This document shows positions 9,421 through 18,759 of a stretch of DNA of 52,969 nucleotides, piece by piece (the stretch's first letter is position 1; each line of letters opens with the position of its first letter). Where the stretch lies: contig JAPLMD010000044.1 in NCBI GenBank assembly GCA_026387235.1, forward strand, positions 1 to 52,969. The letters are read 5' to 3'. The notes below the pieces were generated by a model. It was not told the DNA's origin. It did not search any database and saw only the letters and a program-made list of their open reading frames with translations. The DNA comes from Candidatus Omnitrophota bacterium (lineage in GTDB: Bacteria; Omnitrophota; Gorgyraeia; Gorgyraeales; Gorgyraeaceae). The position numbers and the translations under genes were made by a program.

Positions 9421-9472
9421 CCTGGTCCACCTGCCAGGTGAGCCAATTGGCTCACCTGGCAGGTGGACCAGG
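9421..9472. repeat. 52-nt perfect GC-rich palindrome between the two permease genes
   Basis: cctggtccacctgccaggtgagccaa|ttggctcacctggcaggtggaccagg. The two 26-nt halves are exact reverse complements, and no T-tract follows. Confidence 0.9.
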
Positions 9473-9490
9473 TAGGGATAGGGGTAGAAT

Positions 9491-10339
9491 ATGAAAGAAG
9501 GAACAAAGTATAAAATTGAAAGATTTTTTAAGGATTTTATGATACATATTTTCCTTATTATTATATCCATTACATGCCTATTTCCTCTTCTCTGGATGGC
9601 AGGATCCAGCTTGAAAACTCAGAAGACCATATTTTCAGATATGAGTATTTTCCCAAAGAATCCGATGTGGGGAAATTTTTATCTTGCCTGGACCAAGGGC
9701 GGATTCGGGATGTATTTTTTGAACAGCTTATTTTATACTGTTACGGTTGTGTCCGGGATAGTGATTATTTCGTCCCTGGCAGCCTTTGCGTTTTCCAGAC
9801 TGAAATTTCCCGGCAAGAACGTGATTTTTTATATGTTTCTCGGGGCTATGATGATACCTCTTCCGGGAAGCTTCGTGCCCCTTTATGTCCTGATGACAAG
9901 GCTTCACATGATAAATACGAGGATAGGCTATATACTCTGCATGATAAATGTAGGGCTTTCTTTCAGCATATATTTATTGAAGACATTTTTTGACAAGATG
10001 CCTGTGGAACTGGAGGATGCGGCCCGCATAGACGGATGCTCGAGATTAGGGATATGGTGGAACATGGCTCTTCCGCTTGCAAGACCTGCAATAGCTGTTA
10101 TAGTGATATTTAATTCCCTTAACGTATGGAACGAGTATATACTCGCTACGCTGATATTTTCAAGTAAAAATCTAATGCCTTTACAAAGAGGCCTTATGAT
10201 ATTCCAGGGGATCCACATTACCGAGTACTCGCTTTTAATGGCAGGCATGACAATTACCACTTTGCCGATAATCTTAGTGTACCTGATAATGCAGAGGCAT
10301 ATCATTAAAGGGATAACAGCGGGAGTGATAGTAGGATGA
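9491..10339 (+). CDS. ABC sugar transporter permease (MalG/UgpE-like)
   Basis: Six hydrophobic segments and an EAA loop (LEDAARIDGCSRLGIWWNMALPLARPA). Confidence 0.9.
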   Translation: MKEGTKYKIERFFKDFMIHIFLIIISITCLFPLLWMAGSSLKTQKTIFSDMSIFPKNPMWGNFYLAWTKGGFGMYFLNSLFYTVTVVSGIVIISSLAAFAFSRLKFPGKNVIFYMFLGAMMIPLPGSFVPLYVLMTRLHMINTRIGYILCMINVGLSFSIYLLKTFFDKMPVELEDAARIDGCSRLGIWWNMALPLARPAIAVIVIFNSLNVWNEYILATLIFSSKNLMPLQRGLMIFQGIHITEYSLLMAGMTITTLPIILVYLIMQRHIIKGITAGVIVG

Positions 10340-12672
10340 TGCTAAATAAAGGTTGCAAGAGGTTGCTAGGGGCGGCGTTAATTGCACTATTTGTGCTATA
10401 CCCTGGCCGTCATGCTCAATCCGAAGAGATGGGCGATGCAAACTTGTCTCCCAAGGACATGATTGTCCGCGCGTGGGAGGCGTGGGGCGCAAAGAATTAC
10501 GAGAAGACTTTTTACTGGACTGATAAGTGCATAGGCGAATATAGCGAGGAGGCGAAAAAAGAGCAGGCGTCTTTAAGCGATTTTCCCCCAACAGATATCA
10601 TAGACCAGTACGAGGCCTTGAACGCAGTAGGCACGAGTTTTTTTATTCAGGGCGAGGCGTATCTTTCCCAGGGAAAGATAGAAGAGGCAAAGAAGGCCTT
10701 TGGCATAGCTATAAAGGATTATAGTTTTGCCCAGAACTGGGATCCGAGAGGCTGGTACTGGAGCGTAAAGGAAAAAAGCCAGGCTAGCATAGAAAAATCA
10801 GAGAAAAAGCCTGACGTGGCTGAGGAAAAATCTCCAAAGCCCACACCTGGTTTTAAGAAAAGGCCCAGCACCACTATCACGCTTTACGATCCAGGCAAAG
10901 AGGCAATTGTAGATTATAAAAGATACGGATATTTTAAAAATGTCGGCACTGATAAATACGCCTATATCATAAAGGACCAGGAAGGACTTTCGCAGGCAGT
11001 GGGGGAGGCTATACATCCAAACACATCGAGCGTAAACTGGGATCCGCGCTATAAAAAGGCCAAGGACGAAGGCAGGCTGGAAGGAAACCACTGGGATTTT
11101 GTGAATACGGACGACCTGGAGGCAAATTTTTATAAATGGTCCAGCGCGCCTGAGCCGCCTGGCTTGCGTTTATTTTACATCGGCTTAAACCTTGAGAAAT
11201 CCGGGCTTTTAACGCAGGCCATAAAGGCGTACTACGCTATAGTGGTGAATTTTCCTAAATCAGTGGGCTGGACTTATTTTCGTACGCCATGGTACATAGC
11301 CCAGGTTGCCTGCGACAGGATAGATTTTTTATTAAGGCATCATCCGGAGCTTGAAATGGAAATGATAGGCGCCAAAGTGAAGATTGAAAACGGGTTTGAC
11401 AATGATATAGCGAATGACAGGTTTATAGTAACTCCGGGCGAAATCAAAAAGCTGAATTTTTTTGATAAGATAAAAAAGACTTTATTTAATGTAAAAAGAG
11501 TAAAAACAGGAAAGGTTATAAAGCAGATAGGCGATGGCAAAGTGGATTTTGTAAAATATGAAAACGGACAGTGGCAGTTAAGAGTAGAAGGCAGGCCTTA
11601 TATCATAAAAGGCGTTGCGTATTCCCCGGGTAAAACAGGCCAAAGCCCTGACGAAGGCACTATGGAAGACTGGATGCAGGCGGACTACAATAAAAACGGA
11701 AAGATAGACGGGCCTTATGACGCGTGGATGGATAAGAATTTAAATAACACGCAGGATCCGGATGAAAAGGCAGTGGGCGATTTTCAATTATTAAAGGAAA
11801 TGGGATGCAATACAATCAGGCTCTATCATCACGCCTCAAACAAGGAGCTTTTAAAGGAACTGTATCAGCGTTACGGCATCATGGTGATAATGGGGGATCT
11901 TCTGGGAGCGTATACAGTGGGTTCAGGCGCAGGCTGGTATGAAGGAACGGATTATGCAAATCCTGAGCACAAGAAGAATATGCTGGAGAGCGTCAAAAAG
12001 ATGGTGGAGGAGTTTAAAGACGAGCCGTATGTGCTTTTCTGGATGCTCGGAAATGAAAATAATTATGGCGTAGCTAATAATGCAAAAAGAAATCCCAGAG
12101 TTTATTATGAATTCGTAAACGAAGCGGCTAGTATGATAAAGTCTATGGACAGGGACCATCCAGTGGGAATCTGCAATGGAGACCTTACGTTTCTGGATAT
12201 ATGCTCCAGCTTGGTGCCTAGCGTGGACATATACGGTTCAAACACATACAGAGGCAAATACGGGTTCGGCGCGAGCTTCTGGGAGAATGTGAAAGATACA
12301 TGGGGTAAACCTGTTATGATAACGGAATACGGTTGCCCTGCATACATGGAAGGAAAATCCGGAAAGGTCGCTCAAGAGGCTCAGGCAGAATACCTTAAAA
12401 ATGCGTGGCAGGATATTGCGTATAATTCGGCTGGTAGTCCTGGCGCAGGAAACTCTATAGGTGGGATGCTTTTTGAATGGGTTGACGAATGGTGGAAGGC
12501 GTATGAGCCTTCAGTGCATGACACGAAACGAAACTGGTCAGGCCCTTTTCCTGACGGATGGAATTACGAGGAGTGGCTTGGCGTATGCAGCCAGGGTGAC
12601 GGGAAATCCAGCCCATTTTTAAGACAACTCAGAAAAGCTTATTTTACTTATAAGGAAATGTGGAATAAGTAG
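10336..12672 (+). CDS. secreted TPR-like N-domain fused to a clan GH-A-like TIM-barrel glycoside hydrolase
   Basis: ATGA overlap with the permease gene and an N-terminal signal-like segment. Motifs: NTIRLYHH, FWMLGNENNY (acid/base-type NE), ITEYGCPAY (nucleophile-type E) and FEWVDEWWK. A paralog is at 13542..14765. Confidence 0.65.
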   Translation: MMLNKGCKRLLGAALIALFVLYPGRHAQSEEMGDANLSPKDMIVRAWEAWGAKNYEKTFYWTDKCIGEYSEEAKKEQASLSDFPPTDIIDQYEALNAVGTSFFIQGEAYLSQGKIEEAKKAFGIAIKDYSFAQNWDPRGWYWSVKEKSQASIEKSEKKPDVAEEKSPKPTPGFKKRPSTTITLYDPGKEAIVDYKRYGYFKNVGTDKYAYIIKDQEGLSQAVGEAIHPNTSSVNWDPRYKKAKDEGRLEGNHWDFVNTDDLEANFYKWSSAPEPPGLRLFYIGLNLEKSGLLTQAIKAYYAIVVNFPKSVGWTYFRTPWYIAQVACDRIDFLLRHHPELEMEMIGAKVKIENGFDNDIANDRFIVTPGEIKKLNFFDKIKKTLFNVKRVKTGKVIKQIGDGKVDFVKYENGQWQLRVEGRPYIIKGVAYSPGKTGQSPDEGTMEDWMQADYNKNGKIDGPYDAWMDKNLNNTQDPDEKAVGDFQLLKEMGCNTIRLYHHASNKELLKELYQRYGIMVIMGDLLGAYTVGSGAGWYEGTDYANPEHKKNMLESVKKMVEEFKDEPYVLFWMLGNENNYGVANNAKRNPRVYYEFVNEAASMIKSMDRDHPVGICNGDLTFLDICSSLVPSVDIYGSNTYRGKYGFGASFWENVKDTWGKPVMITEYGCPAYMEGKSGKVAQEAQAEYLKNAWQDIAYNSAGSPGAGNSIGGMLFEWVDEWWKAYEPSVHDTKRNWSGPFPDGWNYEEWLGVCSQGDGKSSPFLRQLRKAYFTYKEMWNK

Positions 12673-12763
12673 GAAGGAGGTGTGTTGTATAGGAAATAAA
12701 AATAAATGTTAATCGCGCGTAGATAGCGCGGAAAAATAAAGCAGCAGAACAAAGGAGGGGAAG

Positions 12764-13483
12764 GTGAAGAAAAGTTTAAGTTTAACATTGTTGGCAGTAG
12801 CTGGATTAATAGTATTCAGCATAGCAAGCTGCGGCGGGTCAAGCCAGCCACAGGCAAAATCCAGCATACCGGAAGAGGCAAAGCAGGTAGCAAAAGCAAA
12901 TTATTCTTATGACGAAGAAGATGCAGACTCTTCTTCAGCGGCAAAGACCGTGACAGCTGCGAAAGGCTTTAAGGGGTTTAATGTGTATACAGACTTAAGA
13001 TCCCCTGATAACCATTACATAGCTTCAGGCTACATGGGGGATTACTCCGACGTCAAGATAGATGGCGCATGTTTTGACAACCCGCACAGCGGCACCACCT
13101 GCATCAAGGTGACTTATTCAAACGCCATGAGCCAGGGCGCAAGATGGGCAGGCATGTATTGGCAGAGCCCTGCAAATAATTGGGGCGATAAAAAAGGCGG
13201 GTTTGACCTGACAGGCGCCACAAAACTCACATTCTGGGTAAGAGGCGCAAAGGGCGGGGAGAGGATAGAGGAGTTCAAGATGGGCGGTATAACAGGCCTT
13301 TATCCTGATTCAGATATAGCAGGCATAGGACCTGTGCTATTGACTACAGAATGGCAGAAGTATGAAATAGACCTGAACGGCAAGGACCTCAGCTACATAA
13401 GCGGAGGATTTTGCTGGGGCACTAATCTGGATGTGAATCCGGACGGGGCTACATTTTATTTAGATGATATAAAATACGAATAA
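12764..13483 (+). CDS. lipoprotein with putative carbohydrate-binding-module-like C-terminal domain
   Basis: GTG start with a GGAGGGG SD and lipobox IASC. The beta-rich C-terminal region ends in GATFYLDDIKYE, in the style of a CBM/jelly-roll domain. The function is inferred from context only. Confidence 0.5.
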   Translation: MKKSLSLTLLAVAGLIVFSIASCGGSSQPQAKSSIPEEAKQVAKANYSYDEEDADSSSAAKTVTAAKGFKGFNVYTDLRSPDNHYIASGYMGDYSDVKIDGACFDNPHSGTTCIKVTYSNAMSQGARWAGMYWQSPANNWGDKKGGFDLTGATKLTFWVRGAKGGERIEEFKMGGITGLYPDSDIAGIGPVLLTTEWQKYEIDLNGKDLSYISGGFCWGTNLDVNPDGATFYLDDIKYE

Positions 13484-13495
13484 CATAACAAATTG

Positions 13496-13539
13496 CCTCG
13501 CAGATTGCTGAAAAATGCAATCTGCGGGGTTTATTATTC
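13496..13539 (+). terminator. intrinsic-terminator-like hairpin after the lipoprotein gene
   Basis: cctcgcagattgc / gcaatctgcgggg form a stem of about 12 bp with one mismatch and an 8-nt loop, followed by tttattattc. The hairpin abuts the ATG at 13542. Confidence 0.45.
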
Positions 13540-13541
13540 AT

Positions 13542-14765
13542 ATGAAAAAAATAGTTATAGTTGTAATTTCCGGAGTAATTGCGCTTATATTAATAATCTC
13601 TTCTTTATTATTTGCGTTTTCCCGCATAGCAGGCGCAGACAGGGTTTATATAAAAACTATCGAGGGAAAACGTTTTCAGCTAGTAGTCAAAAATCGCCCT
13701 TATATTATTAAAGGTATGGTTTACAACCCTGTGCCGATAGGTAAAAACCACGAATATGATTTCTGGAGCGATCCGAGAAGACCTCACATGGTGGACGGCG
13801 AGCTCATGAAAGACGCAGGCGTGAATACTATAAGAGTTTACCAGTCTGGCAATTATGTAAAAGCCACAAAAGGTACAATGAATGATTTGTATAATATATT
13901 CGGGATAAGGGTGGCAATGGGGCATTGGCTTGGATTCTGGGATAACCCTAATTACGCAGACCCTGTTTTCAGGGAAACAGTAAAAAAAGATGTCCTGGCT
14001 ATGGTCAGGGCTTATAAAGACGAGAAAGGGATTCTCGTATGGATATTAGGGAATGAAAACAACGTGTCTTTCTCATACGGCCCGCAAAGCGCGAATCTAT
14101 GGACTACGGATGAGATAGAAAAATTGGATGATCCGTTTTTAAAGAGGCAGGCAAGGGCGAAATTTTATTATTCTTTCGTAAACGAGATTGCCAGGGAAAT
14201 ACATAAGATAGACAAAAATCACCCAGTGGTTTTAGCCAATGCAGAGCTTACAGACATAGATGCTGCAGTGGATGTTACGCCTGACATAGACATACTGGGG
14301 TGCTCGATATATCGAGGAAAGTCATTTGGAAGTTTTTTTAGAGAAGCCCAGAAAAAGCTTAATAAACCGGTTCTTATAACAGAGTTTGGATGCGACAAAT
14401 ATGATGCATTTTTAGAAAAAGAAGATCAGGCTATCCAAGCTGAATTTATAGAAGCGGAAGTAAAAGAGGTAGATAAAAATATATTTACCGGAAACGGGTC
14501 CGGGAATTCGATAGGTTGTTTTGTGTTTGAATGGACGGATGAATGGTGGAAGTTTAAAGAAGATGATGCCGAAAGATGGGGCATCCACGATACTATACCA
14601 AGCTGGTCAAACGGCGCGTATTATTTTGATATAAAGGCTCCTCAGAATCTTAATATAAACGAGGAATGGTGGGGCATATGTTCCTTGAAAAAAAAGAAGT
14701 CAGGCGGTCTTGACGAACGCATACCTGCTCAGGCATACTTTAAGCTAAAGGAGTTGTGGAAATAA
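13542..14765 (+). CDS. membrane-anchored clan GH-A-like TIM-barrel glycoside hydrolase (paralog of 10336..12672)
   Basis: I chose the start at MKKIVIVVISG... (signal anchor). The track start at 13515 lies inside the hairpin. Motifs: NTIRVYQSG, VWILGNENNV, ITEFGCDKY, FEWTDEWWK and EEWWGICS. Confidence 0.65.
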   Translation: MKKIVIVVISGVIALILIISSLLFAFSRIAGADRVYIKTIEGKRFQLVVKNRPYIIKGMVYNPVPIGKNHEYDFWSDPRRPHMVDGELMKDAGVNTIRVYQSGNYVKATKGTMNDLYNIFGIRVAMGHWLGFWDNPNYADPVFRETVKKDVLAMVRAYKDEKGILVWILGNENNVSFSYGPQSANLWTTDEIEKLDDPFLKRQARAKFYYSFVNEIAREIHKIDKNHPVVLANAELTDIDAAVDVTPDIDILGCSIYRGKSFGSFFREAQKKLNKPVLITEFGCDKYDAFLEKEDQAIQAEFIEAEVKEVDKNIFTGNGSGNSIGCFVFEWTDEWWKFKEDDAERWGIHDTIPSWSNGAYYFDIKAPQNLNINEEWWGICSLKKKKSGGLDERIPAQAYFKLKELWK

Positions 14766-17476
14766 TGAGAGGTCATAAGGTCATAAGGTCACAGGGTCAC
14801 AAGGTCACCAATATTTTTCTGCCATTGTGTCTTTTTGTCCTGGTGTCCTGGTGTTCTTGTGTCTTGGTGTATGCCCAGGAGCAGAATATTGCCGAGAGTT
14901 TTGGCCTGTACAGCAAGGGCATAGATTATTATCATAAAGGCAAATTGTATGAAGCGCAGGAGACTTTGGAGCAGGCAGTGAGGCTTGACCCGAGAAACGA
15001 TGAGGCCCAGGGTTACCTGGACCTGGTGAACGCGGAAATTAATATGAGGGAGCAAGGCAGGTTAAATTCATACCAGGACACGAATTCCTCTATAAGAGAA
15101 ACAGATTTAGAACATAAACAATATAAAAATAATCCTGAGCCTTACAATCCGGAAAAGTATGCTGAAGAAGATACAGTAGCCAAAATTACCTCTACTAAGC
15201 CTCGTATCCCGAAGATAAGAGGAGAGTACAAGATGTCAGTTGGGGTAACAGGCGAAGACCTAATCTGGAAACAGGCAAATGGGGACTATAACGAAAGAAA
15301 TTTTAGAATGATAGACCATAATTTTCCCAAGACTAACACATTTGACACCAGGGTATTTGACAGGTTTAAGGTGGTGTTTGATACAAATCCGGAAAATAAC
15401 GGCTTTAATCTGCATTCAGATATTACAGTGGATCCATGGAGTTTTACAGGAAAGACAAAAAAATTTACAGTAAATAGCGGAGTGTGGGGAGATACGACTG
15501 AGTTTGAGCTTAAGTATTGGTCAGGCACAAGAAGCACTATAAATGAAATATTCTATAGTTCAAAACTCGGCGATTCTTTTGGGCTGCCGGAGATCAGGGT
15601 TAAAGATGGCAATACGTCAACTGCCAGCGTTTCCGGAGCAATCGTAAATGAATTTGGTATTAGCGACACCGTATCTATACCGGAAAAAGATATTGATTTT
15701 ATGTTTCAGCCTGTCAGAGAATTATGGGTTGATTTTAAGGACGACAGTAATAATCTAAGGATATTTCCGCTTGGCTTGGAAGATCAGGCCTTTACTTCTG
15801 ATGATCCGCTAGGGCTTTCGAATCACCATATCTACTGGGAGGCCAGCCCATGGCTTTATGACTGGCTGCCCGGACATGTTAATACCGGGACAGTGCCCAA
15901 TGATTTCTGGCGCGGACAATGGTCGAACACCCTGGCGCATTTTACAAGGGACAGCGACTTAAAAAGGCTCACTGCCTTGAGAGGCTTTTCTTTCCAGGGA
16001 GATTTTTTATCTAACGGCAGCATTGCCACTACCATTGCTGCTCCAAAAACTTTATGGCAGGATTATGACAGCGTGACTGCCTTGCCCGGCGCATTGAGGA
16101 TAAAGACCCAGGCAACAGACAATCTCATGTTAGGCGTCATCGACACATTCAGGATAGGATATAACGATGGAGGGAATGATTCTTATAATAATGTAATAGG
16201 GATGGATATGGGTTATGATGTCAGCTCTACGGCAAAGATATCAGCCGAAGCAGCTGTAAGCAAAAGCGAGGACGACAGGACAAGTTCTTATAAAACAGAT
16301 AAAGACGGAAGCGCAGGCCATATAGCTTTTAAGGAGGAAACAGGCATAGGGGGTGTAAAATTTGCATTTACGCATATGGATGAGGCCTTTGACCCGGGTC
16401 TTGCGAATTATAAAGAAACCAGAAAAGACCAGTCATGGGGCAGGCATATACATTTTAAAAAGCCGCTAGAATACACTTCATGGGGGAATTCTACGCTGAA
16501 ATACGATGACATAGATCCTTTCAGGATAGGCGACGGCGTAGATACCGGAAGGGATGTCCTTAATTTCAGGCTGGACAAAAAAGATGCATTTGATAAAAAA
16601 ATGGATAACCTGATAGATTACAGGAATGTCAGGGATTCGAACCATAAATATGTAGAATCTGTGGTGAGAGAGGAGAATGTTTTCAGGGTGAATCCCGAGT
16701 GGACTTCAAAACTTTTGTTATTATACCACGATCTTCCTAAAACAAAAGGCGGCATAGACCCTATACAGTATAACGCAACTACCGGAGAATATCTGGAAAA
16801 TGCAGCTGTGGAAGACGGAAAGAACCCGTCTCTTTCTACGTATTCAGCCGGGCTTGAATATGCCCCGGAGGAATGGATAAGTATTTTTGGCATATATGAA
16901 AATACAAATGATTCTACGTTTGCTACAGGGAACTACCCAAGGGGGCTTTTGAATAGCACGTATTTTACAACAGAAACCATAGGCGGAAAGGTTTACAGAA
17001 AAGAAGTGCCCCAACTCTACAAGCAGGGATATTTTGATATGCCGCCATATGAGCGTTTTAATATATATCGGGGCGGTGTTTTATTGAAATTCGCAGCCGG
17101 TTTAGGAATAGAGCTTGATTATACTAAGAATGATTTTAAATATGCAGGTGGTATAGATGATAATATTAATCATTTCGGCACGACATTAAAATATGAGTTT
17201 AACCAAAAACTTACCGGATTTTTGAAATACACTTTTTCAAGGGCATATAATCTTTATAGGCTTAATACGAGCGGTGATTTAAAATATCAAAGCCATCACA
17301 ATGTATTTATGGAAATGGACTATGTTGTAAGCGAAGACGGGCTTTTGGTGGTGCAGTTCGGAGAAGGTTCGGTCATTTCTCCTGTATGGAGCTCTACCGT
17401 AAGCCCATTTGGGGGTTTCTACCCAACGTTAGATACACAGCATATATTGCGTATTTATTATAATGGAAGATTTTAA
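14756..17476 (+). CDS. large putative outer-membrane beta-barrel protein with N-terminal TPR-like segment
   Basis: 906-aa ORF with a Sec-type signal peptide (..IFLPLCLFVLVSWCSCVLVYA|QEQ). The body is rich in Y/G/N/D and the C terminus, ...LRIYYNGRF, has a terminal Phe as in beta-barrel outer-membrane proteins. The exact start (14756 or 14765) is uncertain. Confidence 0.55.
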   Translation: MEIMRGHKVIRSQGHKVTNIFLPLCLFVLVSWCSCVLVYAQEQNIAESFGLYSKGIDYYHKGKLYEAQETLEQAVRLDPRNDEAQGYLDLVNAEINMREQGRLNSYQDTNSSIRETDLEHKQYKNNPEPYNPEKYAEEDTVAKITSTKPRIPKIRGEYKMSVGVTGEDLIWKQANGDYNERNFRMIDHNFPKTNTFDTRVFDRFKVVFDTNPENNGFNLHSDITVDPWSFTGKTKKFTVNSGVWGDTTEFELKYWSGTRSTINEIFYSSKLGDSFGLPEIRVKDGNTSTASVSGAIVNEFGISDTVSIPEKDIDFMFQPVRELWVDFKDDSNNLRIFPLGLEDQAFTSDDPLGLSNHHIYWEASPWLYDWLPGHVNTGTVPNDFWRGQWSNTLAHFTRDSDLKRLTALRGFSFQGDFLSNGSIATTIAAPKTLWQDYDSVTALPGALRIKTQATDNLMLGVIDTFRIGYNDGGNDSYNNVIGMDMGYDVSSTAKISAEAAVSKSEDDRTSSYKTDKDGSAGHIAFKEETGIGGVKFAFTHMDEAFDPGLANYKETRKDQSWGRHIHFKKPLEYTSWGNSTLKYDDIDPFRIGDGVDTGRDVLNFRLDKKDAFDKKMDNLIDYRNVRDSNHKYVESVVREENVFRVNPEWTSKLLLLYHDLPKTKGGIDPIQYNATTGEYLENAAVEDGKNPSLSTYSAGLEYAPEEWISIFGIYENTNDSTFATGNYPRGLLNSTYFTTETIGGKVYRKEVPQLYKQGYFDMPPYERFNIYRGGVLLKFAAGLGIELDYTKNDFKYAGGIDDNINHFGTTLKYEFNQKLTGFLKYTFSRAYNLYRLNTSGDLKYQSHHNVFMEMDYVVSEDGLLVVQFGEGSVISPVWSSTVSPFGGFYPTLDTQHILRIYYNGRF
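14771..14870. repeat. octanucleotide tandem-repeat inverted element (GGTCAYAA)x5, 14-nt spacer, (TKGTGTCY)x~5.75
   Basis: Forward units start at 14771, 14779, 14787, 14795 and 14803. Inverted units run from 14825 to 14870. Related elements are at 32904 and 37952. Confidence 0.9.
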
Positions 17477-17492
17477 TTAAAAGGAGGTGGGT

Positions 17493-18731
17493 ATGGCCAT
17501 AAGAAAAGGCAGGATGTACGATAATTATATATTTTCAGACCACGAGAGAAAAAATTTTGCAATACTTGAACTTATCCGCAGAAACAGCCCTATCACAAGA
17601 GCTGATATCTCAAAGGCTACGGATCTGAATATAGTAACCGTTTCTAATTATATAAATAGTTATATTGATAAAGGCCTGGTTTCAGAAGGGGGTATGGAGG
17701 CTTCCACGGGAGGCAGAAAACCCACTATCATTAAATTAAATGACGATAGCGCGTATGCGATAGGAATTGACCTTGGCCACATGGATGCATCCGGCGCGAA
17801 CATGATAGGCTTGGTCACTAATCTAGCCGGGAAAGTTATAACTAAGGTGAAAAAGCCCAGGACAAAAGATACTATGGATAAGGTGATAGAGAGTTCGCTT
17901 GAGCTTATAGATGAATTGTCTAAGAAGAAAGGCGTGGATAGGAATAAAATAAGAGGCGTTGGCCTTGGGATAGGCGGTGTCATAGACGAACATCTCGGTA
18001 CGGTAAGAGATTCTACCAAGAACGGGATGAGGACGAGCTACTTATCCATAAAAGGGATGATTGAACAGAGATTTGGTTTTCCTTCTTTTATAGGAAATGA
18101 CGCAACATTTGCCGCATTCGGAGAAAAGATGCACGCTCTTCCTATGGATATACAGGATGCGATATACATGTATTCTGATGTCGGGAGCGGCATTATTATA
18201 AAAGGCGCAATGTATTGCGGCGCTTCAGGAAGCGCGGGAGAGATAAGGGTTAATTATCCGCGTAATGGAGAATACCTGCAGGTCTCAAAAAACCTTTCTT
18301 TTCTTCTTCCTGCAGGCCTTGATCTTGGCCTGGTAAATCAGGCTAAAAAACTTATAAAAGAAGATGATGTTAAGACAATGATAACAGAACTCTGCGGCAA
18401 TAAACTGGATAATATTACAGTGGACCATATAATAGAAGCGGCAAAGGCGGGTGACACTCTTGCTATAGAACTTCTGGAAGACGGAGCTGTGAATCTCGGG
18501 ATAAGAATCGCGTATCTTGTAAATTTATTTAATCCGGAGATAGTGGTTATTGGAGGCGGAATAGAAAAAGCCGGAAGCTTGCTTTTAGAGCCTTTAAGAA
18601 GGACTGTAAGAAAATGGGCATTTGAAGAACCAGCGAATGTTGTTAAAATAATACCGGCAAGGCTTGGAGAAGACTCTGTGGCCCTAGGCGCGGCAAGCGT
18701 TGTAATAAGGGATGTTTTTATACAGGCCTAA
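17493..18731 (+). CDS. ROK family transcriptional regulator (N-terminal wHTH plus ROK sugar-kinase-like domain)
   Basis: AAGGAGG SD with the ATG at 17493 (the GTG at 17487 is possible). An N-terminal wHTH-like region (ILELIRRNSPITRADISKATDLNIVTVSNYINSYIDKGLV) is followed by glycine-rich ROK motifs (GIDLG, GLGIGGVID, DVGSGIIIKG..CGASGSAGE). Confidence 0.85.
   Translation: MAIRKGRMYDNYIFSDHERKNFAILELIRRNSPITRADISKATDLNIVTVSNYINSYIDKGLVSEGGMEASTGGRKPTIIKLNDDSAYAIGIDLGHMDASGANMIGLVTNLAGKVITKVKKPRTKDTMDKVIESSLELIDELSKKKGVDRNKIRGVGLGIGGVIDEHLGTVRDSTKNGMRTSYLSIKGMIEQRFGFPSFIGNDATFAAFGEKMHALPMDIQDAIYMYSDVGSGIIIKGAMYCGASGSAGEIRVNYPRNGEYLQVSKNLSFLLPAGLDLGLVNQAKKLIKEDDVKTMITELCGNKLDNITVDHIIEAAKAGDTLAIELLEDGAVNLGIRIAYLVNLFNPEIVVIGGGIEKAGSLLLEPLRRTVRKWAFEEPANVVKIIPARLGEDSVALGAASVVIRDVFIQA
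18565..18607 (+). repeat. 43-bp direct repeat, copy 1 (inside the ROK gene 3' region)
   Basis: aaaaagccggaagcttgcttttagagcctttaagaaggactgt is identical to 20285..20327. Confidence 0.95.
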
Positions 18732-18759
18732 CTCAAAAGAATTAAAAAGGAGGCAGTTA

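Noticed and set aside
9574-9993. Plus-strand alternative-frame ORFs inside the permease genes (9574..9993, 8731..8919) and 13493..13711.
   Set aside because: They overlap well-supported permease and hydrolase frames and have no recognisable motifs or start context.
14771-14870. The octamer repeats as a CRISPR array.
   Set aside because: The units are 8 nt and contiguous, with no unique spacers and no cas genes. They are simple tandem repeats with an inverted arm.
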